Positions 1-11,819 of a DNA stretch of 64,000 bases are shown here, piece by piece. Source of the DNA: Lingula anatina (Eukaryota; Animalia; Brachiopoda). Numbering within the stretch: position 1 is the first letter of the stretch; each line of letters begins with the position of its first letter. The translations under genes were made by a program, and so were the position numbers. The stretch covers positions 8,308,001 to 8,372,000 of the forward strand of contig CM120649.1 of the NCBI GenBank assembly GCA_051362555.1, written 5' to 3'. Under the pieces are notes generated by a model. It worked only from the letters and a program-made list of their open reading frames with translations, was not told the DNA's origin and searched no databases.

Positions 1-3000
1 TGTCAAGAGGTGCTACAGAGCCGTATGCACTCCGTGTACTATGTAAATGGACAGGGGCGGATCACTTCCTTTCCTGTAATTCTGTTGGGTGTATAGTGGA
101 AAGACTGTCGAAAATCACCACTAGGGATTGTGCAACGAAATTCGAACCGCGTTTCCCGTACATTCTCAATTACTGTTTTCCAGAGTTCAGTGTAAGTCCC
201 AGTCGGACATGTATGTTTGGACTGATGAATGGAACTTTGTCCTCTAAATCGAATCAGGATGTGTCTGCAGAGGCTCTGGCACTGCTTCTCGAAGAATGCA
301 AATCGTATACAAACGTACTGCAAGTAGGGAAGACAAGGTACAAGAATTATCACTGCATGATGTGCATCGACGGAGCACAAGTTTCGCCCAGTAGGACATG
401 TAATGGTAAGTGAAATCTTCCCGATCTTGACTGCATAGATTAATTTTGATGATTAAGGGTGAAATATATTTAGTACCACGAGGGCTATATGTTATGACAA
501 TAAGATTATTTGACATATTTTGTGCATGTAGTGATATCGCTGATTTGTAAATAGGGCGACAGAATGGTTGAACGATAACATGCAATGGGGTTAAAATAGT
601 AAAGCATAGAGATCTTAAAATTTATTTGTTAAGTTACATGTTAGTAATATTCATATATCACAAAAATTCTTGAAAACCCTGGGTTTACAAAAATAAGCAT
701 GTATATCAATGCATGTATATGAATGTTGCAACGGAAATATGGACAATGATGCTTTCGAAAGAGAATTGGAAAATGGTTTGAACATTATCTGTAGAATTAA
801 CTGAGCAGATGCCTGTTGTAAGGGGTGGACTATAGGTTTTGTCTAAGTGGGGGTAGTACACTGAATATATGGTCCATTTAACATTTAATTTTATTAAAAG
901 TAGAGTGTTTGTCCAAATGTAACTTTACTAACATCAGCCTCGCGCCTTAAGTCACTGAAAAATAACTACTAGCTGCATCTGTTCTGGCACACACAAACAC
1001 ACACACACACACACCAAACGTAAGCGGAATAAAATTTAAACCTTCGGTACTGAGGCTCGCAGCACCATCTCACGTTCTCCAATCGAGCTAGTTTATTTTT
1101 ACTAAAGTAGAAAATTTATAACTTGTCATGAAAGCAGTATGATGCCTTACTACTCAAAAATTGCGTAGAATGTTTATTTTACATTAAATAAAGCAAATAG
1201 CTTGCGGCCACTTTCGCGGTATGGCCCGGTTTTTAGAAATTGAAAAAAATCCGTGTCGTCTTTTTCTGCAGATCATAATATTTAGTTTTTTTGTGTTTTT
1301 GTTATATTTTAACCATTGAAATAATAATGAAATCTTCCAATACAGTTACGTCCATGATTAGCAAGGCGATATGGTGACAGGGAACAGTCAAAGGATTTAC
1401 ATGAAAGGCGACAAAACTGCATTCTTTTCAAAAATAATTTGCAAAACCTTTGTCACTAGGCATTGCGAAAAATATACTTTAAGTTGAAGATAAAATGAAT
1501 CAGCAAATAAACATCTCGTAATACCCCTTTGGCACATTCTAATTTTGTTAGCATTATAGGAACGTGCAAATATTATCCAAAAGGGTTTAATTTTAAAACC
1601 TTTGTTACTAAAACTTTCCACGTGAATCGGATGTTTGCATGGTTACACAATAGCTAGATTTATTACACAGTTTAAGAAAAAGTACAATTCGCGCATATAT
1701 TTTTTCTTCAATCTTCGCTTTTCTGTGTTCTTCAAATGGACCTATATTTTGAGAATCAAGGTTTAGCTAAAATGCATGCTAAATTCACTAAATGAGTAAC
1801 AATAAGCATATATGCTCTAAAAAAACTTCGCAAAGGATAGCATCAGACACGTTCATGCTCTTGATTCTTGCATTCAATAGAAAAACTATTTCAAGCATTT
1901 GTGGGGATGTGATCCGAGTGAACGTATAACGAATTTCAACTGTTCTGTTTATTGACAAACTAAGGCTGCCAACTTTGCACGAGTAGCGCAAATATAAACA
2001 GGGTTTAGCACTTGGCCCAAATCGGGTGGGATTAAATTAAACTGCCTCCCAATCAACTCGTTAATCGCCAGGAAATCTTGTGCCGCTTTTCATTGGTGCA
2101 TTGTGTTAGCCGAGGTCTTTATGGAACCGGAACTACAGTGTATATTGTTCTTACTTCCCCCAGGACTGTGCACTATTGGTTTAGTAGTTAAGTCATAGTT
2201 ACTTTACAAACCGAAATAATTAATAACAAATACTGATTATTCCTTTTGAATTATTATTATTTGTTTGTTTGTTTTGTTTTGTTTTGACATAGCATCTATG
2301 CAATTAATTGACGTTTTATATGTATTCCACACACTGGTAGGATCTGAGAAAGGGGAAATACAAGTATTTCAGCCGCTAGACTTCGGATTTTACCTTAAAG
2401 GTGACATTACCAACCCCCAGCCGATGCCACATGGCCTTGTAAGTATGCGCCATTTCATTATTTTGTTTTTCCCAGAACCATGCATCTTTTTCTCAAAATG
2501 CCGAAAAGCGGTATTTTAAACTTGTACGATTTTAGAGTTGGGGTCTAAATTTCTTTGCCTTTGATAGGATACATCAATGTTCTGCATCCATTCCATTGGT
2601 AAAGAGGGCGGTTTGTTTATTTTGATTGTTGTCTTTCAGTCTTCGGATGAAGAAGGGCTGCTCTGCCCTCCTGGCTTTGGACCAGATGAAAGTGGGCAAA
2701 ACTGTCGTCCGATAATGTATGATATCTCGCTTGTGCCGTACAATCTCACGCTAGAGTTCAGCACTTCCGATGACTTGCAAGACGCTCTTACCTTGTGTCC
2801 CAAGATAAAGGAAGCTATTTTTCCGTTGGTCGAAGCTTTTCCCGGGGGTGCATATTTGCTTGAACACGATTGTTGGATACAGGTATTATTTCCCAGATTT
2901 TAGAAATCGCAGATCGTTGAAGAAGTCTTAATTTGGGGTATACCAATATTGTTTAAAGTGAGAATTGATGTAAAGGTGGTATCTTATATTGAAAACCCAA

Positions 3001-6000
3001 TTGTATATAATTACGACTGTCCCAACTGAAAAATTAATATAAAGTATGCATTTTACTACACATAAAATCATGACCGTATGCTTATAACAGTTTATGTTAC
3101 AAAGCTGATGGTTGTTAAAATTAATATAAACAAACAGATATTCAAATATGATCACGTTTTCTTTCGTTAGGGATCAAGCACTAGGGATCATCTAAATCAT
3201 AACTTCACCGGCTCTGACCTCGAAGATGGTGACGTCACCGGCCCTGACCTCAATGATGGTGACGTCACCGACTCTGACCCCGTAGATGGTGACTTCACAT
3301 ACTTTGTTGAGTTCCGCGGCACACTGGTCTTTGTCACCCCGGTGCAGAATTTCGTAGATGGACTGGAAAAAGTAAAATGCCTGAAGCAGAAGATCGAGCA
3401 AGAGGTACGTAAATGACGGATCCACTATCCAGAAATAATAGTGAAACGAAATTACAACATTTCAAATAATTATTGAGTAAAATTGGTCCAAATCATTTTG
3501 GTCTCAAAACGTGTCAAAGCGTAACTATTACGCGAACTGTTGAGGAATATATACAAGATACCCATGGGCGTGACGCTATGGACAGTAACCCCACTGTGCC
3601 CGGCCTGCTGCGTGACGTGATTGGCAGTAACCCCATTGTGCCTGATCTGCTGCGTGACGTGATTGGCAGTAACCCCATTGTGCCCGGCCTGCTGCGTGAC
3701 GTGATTGGCAGTTACCTCTTTGTGCCCGGCCTGCTGCGTGACGTGATGGGCAGTAACACCACTGTGCCCGGCCTGCTGCGTGACGTGATTGGCAGTAAAC
3801 CCATTGTGCCTGATCTGCTGCGTGACGTGATTGGCAGTAACCCCACTGTGCCCGGCCTGCTGTGTGACTTGATTGGCAGTAACCTCTTTGTGCCCAGCCT
3901 GCTGCGTGACGTGATGGGCAGTAACACCACTGTGCCCGGCCTGCTGCGTGACGTGATTGGCAGTAACCCCACTGTGCCCGGCCTGCTGCGTGACGTGATG
4001 GGCAGTAACCCCATTGTGCCCGGCCTGCTGCGTGACGTGATGGGCAGTAAACCCATTGTGCCCGGCCTGCCGCGTGACGTGATTGGCAGTAACCCCATTG
4101 TGCCCGGCCTGTTACGTGACGTGATGGGTAGTAACCCCACTGCCCGGCCTGCTGCGTGACTTGATTTGCAGTAACCCCATTGTGCCCGGCCTGCTGCGTG
4201 ACGTGATGGTCAGTAACCCCATTGTGCCCGGCCTGCTGCGTGACTTGATTGGCAGTAACCCCATTGTGCCCGGCCTGCTGCGTGACGTAATTGGCAGTAA
4301 ACCCATTCTGATTGTGCCCGGCCTGCTGCGTGACGTGATGGGCAGTAACCCCATTGTGCCCGGCCTGCTGCGTGACGTGATTGGCAGTAACCCCACTGTG
4401 CCTGATCTGCTGCGTGACGTGATTGGCAGTAACCCCATTGTGCCCGGCCTGCTGCGTGACGTGATTGGCAGTAAACCCATTGTGCCCGGCCTGCCGCGTG
4501 ACGTGATTGGCAGTAACCCCATTGTGCCCGGCCTGTTACGTGACGTGATGGGTAGTAACCCCACTGTGCCCGGCCTGCTGCGTGACTTGATTTGCAGTAA
4601 CCCCATTGTGCCCGGCCTGCTGCGTGACGTGATGGTCAGTAACCCCATTGTGCCCGGCCTGCTGCGTGACTTGATTGGCAGTAACCCCATTGTGCCCGGC
4701 CTGCTGCGTGACGTAATTGGCAGTAAACCCATTCTGATTGTGCCCGGCCTGCTGCGTGACGTGATGGGTAGTAACCCCATTGTGCCCGGCCTGCTGCGTG
4801 ACGTGATTGGCAGTAACCTCATTGTGCCTGATCTGCTGCGTGACGTGATTGGCAGTAACCCCATTGTGCCCGGCCTGCTGCGTGACGTGATTGGCAGTAA
4901 CCCCACTGTGCCCGGCCTGCTGTGTGACTTGATTGGCAGTAACCTCTTTGTGCCCGGCCTGCTGCGTGACGTGATGGGCAGTAACACCACTGTGCCCGGC
5001 CTGCTGCGTGACGTGATTGGCAGTAACCCCACTGTGCCCGGCCTGCTGCGTGACGTGATGGGCAGTAACCCCATTGTGCCCGGCCTGCTGCGTGACGTGA
5101 TTGGCAGTAACCCCACTGTGCCTGATCTGCTGCGTGACGTGATTGGCAGTAACCCCATTGTGCCCGGCCTGCTGCGTGACGTGATTGGCAGTAAACCCAT
5201 TGTGCCCGGCCTGCCGCGTGACGTGATTGGCAGTAACCCCATTGTGCCCGGCCTGCTGCGTGATGTAATTGGCAGTAAACCCATTGTGCCCGGCCTGCTG
5301 CGTGACGTAATTGGCAGTAAACCCATTCTGATTGTGCCCGGCCTGCTGCGTGACGTGATGGGTAGTAACCCCATTGTGCCCGGCCTGCTGCGTGACTTGA
5401 TTGGCAGTAACCCCATTGTGCCCGGCCTGCTGCGTGATGTAATTGGCAGTAAACCCATTGTGCCCGGCCTGCCGCGTGACGTGATTGGCAGTAATCCCAT
5501 TGTGCCCGGCCTGCTGCGTGACTTGATTGGCAGTAACCCTACTGTGCCCAGCCTGCTGCGTGACTTGAATGGCAGTAACCTACTGTGCCCGAGTCAACTG
5601 CCTGACGTCAAGGGCAACAAACCCAACTAACAGTATAAAAAATTAAGAATATGCAATAATTTTGAACAGACTTTACTAGCGCACCCAGTGGTCAGAGAAT
5701 ATATAGACTCTGCCAACAGAAACTATTTTGGATCTTTATAAGGGCGAAATTACCAGTTAAATCTCTTCTTTTTTCCCAATAACTCGGTATAGTTGTAGTG
5801 AAGTGCGTCTCATGGCCCAACATTACACTTGGTGATTATTATTATAATTTTGTTTGTTTGTTTGTTTTACTATTAAAGGTTAATATTAGATTTCATAATT
5901 CTGAGAAAGGCATAAAAGACATTAAAATGTATTCTAAGAACTATATTCAAATGGAAATGTATGAACTGTAGTTGATAAATCAAAGAAATCACGTTTAAAA

Positions 6001-6855
6001 AGATTGGCTATCAAGCTAAGTCGGAAGTGAAGAACTCGCTAGGGCATTATACACAGTTCTCAGGGTAAAAACCACGCTTACGAACATGCACACTTAGATT
6101 CTATGCCTGCAAAAATGCGCGAACAAAATTATTTGGTGAAACATTTCATATCCCCATGGACAGCATGCGGACACACTGAAATTAACCTCAGTGGCACGAA
6201 AATATACCGCGAAAGCAAGTCTTCTCTTTAGCTGCACTGCAATACGTACATCCTTCCACATGTAACTAATAATTTAAAACAAACCGCTGCACCACTGCCC
6301 TTGCATAGCTCCCTATACGCCAGAGGGCACACGCTGCACCACATCTGTCCCTGCTTTGTCCTGAAAAAATTGCAGTAGTTTGTACCCTAACCTGTTAGTT
6401 GACACCAACATTAACCTAAAGCAACACACTAAAATCCACAAAAAAGAAAAAAATTATTATTTCTCCACAGCGCTACAGTCTTCTACAACAGGCTTTGATT
6501 GAACTATTTTGTTTCAACATGTCGCGATTGAGCTATTTGGTAGTTTCTGCACCTTCAGATATCATGCTGCACTTTTGTCAATCAATTTTCTTTCTCACTT
6601 CAGTACGAAAACATGATAATTGGTGATGTGAGAATGTCGCTGGTTCCGGGGAACGTCGGGAACAAATCTACGTGCATACCTGGAATCAAACCAACATCCA
6701 TCATCCCTGAAACAACCACGGGGAATTCCGCCGTGAAATCTGAGACGCACGAGAAGAACGCCAAGTCCCGTGATGTTACTCAAAACCGTGTTCGGGCTGA
6801 TAACCTTTTCACTTGTCTGCTCTTAGCATTGTGGTGGAACTGTCTTTGTCGTTAG
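1..6855 (+). CDS. 3' part of a Cys-rich extracellular protein with hydrophobic (GPI-signal-like) C-terminus; exons <1-405, 2341-2438, 2640-2882, 3171-3404, 6604-6855
   Basis: Frame open from window start to donor G|GTAAGT at 405; later exons have AG/GT ends with matching phases (1,0,0,0). Motifs CKSY..V....YKNYHCMMC and CPPG..PD..GQNCRP resemble Cys-rich ectodomains of invertebrate adhesion/Methuselah-type GPCR-like proteins (recognition from memory). Ends LFTCLLLALWWNCLCR*; no 7TM region seen. Confidence 0.65.
3565..5630. repeat. 42-bp GC-rich minisatellite, about 49 units, intronic
   Basis: Unit CTGCTGCGTGACGTGATTGGCAGTAACCCCATTGTGCCCGGC repeated head-to-tail inside intron 3405-6603; explains the long repetitive ORFs on both strands. 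Confidence 0.97.
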
Positions 6856-7214
6856 ATGTGACCTTCTCCTCTCAGGGGGAACACCTTTCTTTCTCCAACT
6901 CGACAAGTGGAATTAGATTTATCGGAACATCAAATCTGCAGTACAATAATCTTCACTTTATCATCGTATTTGTAGGTTTTTATTATTCCTCTTTCATCGT
7001 ATTTATTTGTGTTTAATCCATTAAAACACACGTTTATATAGAACTTTATATAGCAGATTAAATAATTACTTTTCCTTTATTGACCAAGCTATACCATATC
7101 CACATTTGGTCACAAAAACTTAAAAGTACGATTCATGATCTGCTTTTGCGGTTTGAAGTTCCTAGTTTAAGTTTGAGATTGGTGAGGGTCAAGTTAGAAC
7201 TTAATATGTCTTAA

Positions 7215-7790
7215 GCAGGTTGTATTGAACCATTGATAGTAGTCATTGTTTGAATGTGATTTGCATATTTATTTAGACAAGTTAATTTGAAATGTATCTT
7301 TAATTAACCTTTGATATAGTCAGATGTATATGTGTCGGGTTGCATGAACCATTGATAGAAGTGATAGTTTAAATGTGATTTGAATATTAATCCAGATAAA
7401 TTAATTTGAAATGTATCTTTAATTGTTAACCTTTGATATAGTCAGATGTATATGTATCGGGTTGCATGAACCATTGATATAAGTGAAAGTTTGAATGTGG
7501 TTTACATATTTATTCAGAAAAGTTAATTTGCATGTATCTTTAATTAACCTTGAAATAGTCAGATGTGTATGTGGCAGATTGCATGAATTATTGATAGAAG
7601 TGATTGTTTGAATGTGATTTGCATATTTATTCAGACAAGTTCATTTTAAATGTATCTAAAATTAAACTTTGATATAGTCAGATGTAAATGTGGCGGGTTG
7701 CATGAACCTTTGTTGGTACTTATAGTTTGAATATGATTTGCATATTTCCTTAGACAAGTTTATTTGGAATGCATGTATAATTAAAATGCA
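7215..7790. repeat. About 120-bp AT-rich tandem repeat, 4-5 diverged copies
   Basis: ATAGTCAGATGT...GTTGCATGAA recurs near 7315, 7437, 7555 and 7673. Confidence 0.85.
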
Positions 7791-7874
7791 AATTAAGTTA
7801 AGGGATAAAAGAGGTAAGACGCAGAGAAAAGGGGGAGATTGATAGGTGCTAGACAGACTGACACGTAGAGGGAG

Positions 7875-9015
7875 CCTTCTCCGTCCTCTCAAACCTTCTC
7901 TCCGACCTCTCATTCCCCCTCTCTTTCCTCTTATACCATCTCTCCGCCGTCTTGTACCTTCTCTTTGCCCTCACATACCCTGTCTCAGTCCTCTCACACC
8001 CTCTCTCCGTCCTCTCATCCCTCTCTCCGCCCTCCCGTATACCTTCTCTTAGCCTTCACATATCCCTGTTTCCATCCTTCCATACCTTCTCTCCGTCCTC
8101 TCATACCCTCTCTCCATCCTCTTATACCTTCTCTCCATCCTCTCATACCCTCTCTCCGTCCTCTCATACCTTCTCTCCATCCTCTCAAACCCTCTCTCCG
8201 TCCTCTCTTTCCCTTTCCCCGTTCTTTCATACCCTCTCTTTGCCCTCACGTACCCTGTTTCCATCCTCTTATACCTTCTTTCCGTCCTCTCATACCTCTA
8301 TTCCTCCTCTCATACCCTCTCTCCATCCTCTTATAGCTTCTCTCCGTCCTCTCATACCTCTATTCCTCCTCTCATACCCTCTCTCCATCCTCTTATAGCT
8401 TCTCTCATACCTCTATTCCTCCTCTCATACCCTCTCTCCATCCTCTTATAGCTTCTCTCATACCTCTATTCCTCCTCTCATACCCTCTCTCCATCCTCTT
8501 ATACCTTCTCTCCGTACTCTCATGCCCTCTCTTCTTCCTCTCATACCCTCTCTCCATCCTCTTATACCTTCTCTCCGTCCTCTCATACCTCTATTGCTCC
8601 TCTCATACCCTCTCTCCATCCTCTTATAGCTTCTCTCCGTCCTCTCATACCTCTCTTCTTCCTCTCATACCCTCTCTCCATCCTCTTATACCTTCTCTCC
8701 GATCTCTCATACCTCTCTTCTTCCTCTCATACCCTCTCTCCATCCTCTTATACCTTCTCTCCGTCCTCTCATACCTCTCTTCTTCCTCTCATACCCTCTC
8801 TCCATCCTCTGATACCCACCCTCCGACCGTTCGTTTCTTCTTTCCGTCCTCTCATACACTCTCTCAATCCTCAATCCAATCATATACCCTCTCTCTCAGT
8901 CCTCTCATAGCTTCTCTCCGTCCTCTTATATCCTCTCATCGTTCACTCATTCTGTGCCTCTCTTCGTCCTCTCATACCGTTTCCTGTCCTCGCATACACT
9001 CTCTCCGTCCTTTAT
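7875..9015. repeat. 21-bp pyrimidine-rich minisatellite (CCTCTCATACCCTCTCTCCAT-like)
   Basis: Over 1 kb of C/T-rich tandem units; gives spurious PLIPSLH / SPSSHT ORFs. Confidence 0.93.
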
Positions 9016-9711
9016 TTGCTTCTCCTAGACTAGTGACACAGGTTACGTGAAAATATGTAGACTGACTGGTGACAGCCATTTCCCCAGCAGATGTCAAGGC
9101 AGTAAACCCCTCCTGGATGTTTATTAAACACACATTGTTTATTCCAAATGCTACTGTACTGCATGACCATATTTCAACTTGAAAATATAGTCAGAATGTC
9201 ATTTTGATGCCATGGTACATATACATTGAGTATATAGAACGTCAGTGTGAACATCTTTCAAATTCCACCTTGACTGTTTGAATATTTTTTGATTGTTATT
9301 GAAATTTTGAGCATCGTTGGATAACCAACTTTTATGACAGGCTGTCGAAGTATATTTTCAACTTTTAAACAACTACTAACTTTCTTAACATCCCGCAATA
9401 TTTGCACGTTATTATCATTTTAATGTAATTCAATTTCTTTTGCAATGTGGTTATCACAAAAACATGATTTACTTCAACTTTATCTATTAGCTTTTGATTC
9501 TTTCGAGTTATTTATTTTGGTCCTAATGATCATACCATTAATCGTCTTAAGGTACGTGTCACATTTATTACTAACGACTTTCCTTGGATGTAGAGGTTTT
9601 AATATATGATGACAGGTTGAATAATCTTGATGCGGCTTTGTGCGAATTTCCGTTAGCGCTGTTTACCAAATGCCGCCACGATAGTTACTTATGACTGTGA
9701 CATAACATATT

Positions 9712-11255
9712 AACAAGGCAGAAAGCTGTCAAATGTACAGACAAAAGGCAAAAAAATAAAGATGCAGAAAACAGGCCATTTTGTCAATTTTGATACAATA
9801 ATAAATAATGCTTATAACAGCACAGTCAATGAACACTGAGCTTATTTGCAATATTAAACAACATTTACCTGCATAATTATCACTGATTCCTAATCATGTG
9901 ACACTGTTAATTTAGACTTTTACAAACTGTATCTGGCAGAGAGCTAAACCTATGGGAGTTTAAATTGAAATCTCAACATGTGTGTTTTATGTAATCTCAT
10001 TTAATGGCATCTTGAAACTTAATTAGGCAAGTGAATTCATAGCTCTGAACTTAGCTAGGTAATGCCCAAGGGACAATTACAGACTGACCATCCATTGTAG
10101 CCATATAACACCGAGAGCTATGTGAAAAAATTAATATTTCATAAAGAATCGCATTACTTCCAAAACAGAGAGCAATCACACTGATTTTCCCCACACAAGC
10201 TGCACTTCAGTCCTATTAATCTTTTTAGCAAGTTTGAAATCTTAAGTGACATAGTTTTCCCTTAATGGTCATCATGGCAGCAGTGTCCAAATTGGAATTT
10301 TTTAAAAACTTTTATGCAATATTACATAACGCTTAACAGTATTATGACCATCAATTTTTAATAATAAAATAAAAGTTTCATGGATGTTCAGAAAATGTAA
10401 CTAGCAAGGGTCTTCAAGTCCATGGGGGTTCAAAATCACACCTTGAAAATGCCAATATGTGAAAAATTAAATGTTCACCAAAACCTGTATAACTTCCAGA
10501 AAAATCAACCAATCACAATTGTTTTCCCGCTGTATTTAAGTCCTATGTTTCTTTCCTGTAAGTTTGAGAGGAGTTAGTGACATGTTTTTTTTATAATGCT
10601 CACTGCGGCGGCAGTGCCCAAAATAGGGTTTTCATCAATTTTGATGCAATACTAACAGTTTAGTCACCACCAATCTTTAATAATGTACTGAAGGTAACAT
10701 GGATATTTAGAAAAAGTGACAAACAAATATCTTCAGGCCCATGAAATTTTTAAGTAACAGCTTAAAAATGCTAATGTGAACACCAGAGATATCTCAACCT
10801 GTATTTTTAGAAAGATGATCCCTCCAGCGATTTTCAAGACAATAGGCTGACCGGTTTTCCTTGAAATATGTTATCAGTATGAAAAATAACAGCATAATTT
10901 TTGTAACAATGGTCTGATCAAGCTGATTTTCAAACTCGACCTGTATTTTAGTAAGATTGATCACTTCTGTGGATTTCAAGACAATAGACCATTCGGTTTT
11001 CCTTGAAATGTGTTATCAGTGTTGCATATGCTGAAACAAAAAAGAGAAAAAACAGTATCACTTCTGAAAAATGGACCAATCATGCTGATTTTCGAACTCG
11101 ATCTGGGTATTATGAATATTCATCAATATTCTGTAAGTTTCATGCCAAAAGGTAAAACGTTTTTCCATTTATCGCGTTATCGGTGAAAGTGCACGGCGAC
11201 GACAGACGCAGGTGACGGCTATATGTACAGAGACATCTGTGTCTGTACATAAAAA
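9712..11255 (-). mobile_element. Helentron-associated (HINE-like) non-autonomous element with internal tandem duplications
   Basis: Terminal hairpin ATGTACAGAGACA-TC-TGTGTCTGTACAT next to an A-run at 11223-11255; ATGTACAGAC at about 9732 is inverted relative to the outer hairpin arm; internal duplicated blocks at about 10100-10790 and 10830-11130. Confidence 0.45.
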
Positions 11256-11439
11256 GGGGCGCTTTAATGTTGTTATGTTGAATAGCAAATTGTTTAACAA
11301 TTAAATTTTTAAGACATTTAAAGCATTGAAGTTGAAAATGTGACGTATCGGATTCCTATGCCCTGGAGTGTTGCTAGCAATAAAACGTTTGTACAATTAT
11401 TTGGAAGTTTAATCATTTGGAGGCCGTCATAGAAGAAAC

Positions 11440-11758
11440 ATGGGTGCTGTCCATCTCATCCTCGCCGCACTTCTGTTTGTTCTAACATTTTGCCAAACTG
11501 CAGCCACGGAGGACGGAGAGAAAGGTAGATAAAATTGATTAGTCGTACTGCTTTTTATCATATTTATTTCTTGGTTGTTTATTTTTGTCGTCATTCAAAG
11601 TTAATGTATTCATTTACTTGATATTGTCGTTTGTACATTTGTTTTTATATGATTTGATTTGTTTTTATATGATTTGATTTATATGAAATCAAAATGAATT
11701 TGTATCCAAATTTGAGCTTGTGAAAATATATTGCGACTTAAATTTTCATTTTGCTCAT

Positions 11759-11819
<61 letters not shown>

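Noticed and set aside
1050-2050. Possible decayed DNA-transposon sequence in the first intron
   Set aside because: Could not pair termini or identify a TSD or coding motif.
3473-5630. Long ORFs (228, 489, 462, 142 aa) as repeat proteins, or the array as CRISPR
   Set aside because: By-product of a stop-free 42-bp unit inside an intron; a 2-bp deletion near 4141 breaks the frame; no unique spacers and no cas genes.
7846-8398. Pro/Ser/Leu-rich and Arg/Gly/Glu-rich ORFs
   Set aside because: Translations of the 21-bp pyrimidine minisatellite in several frames.
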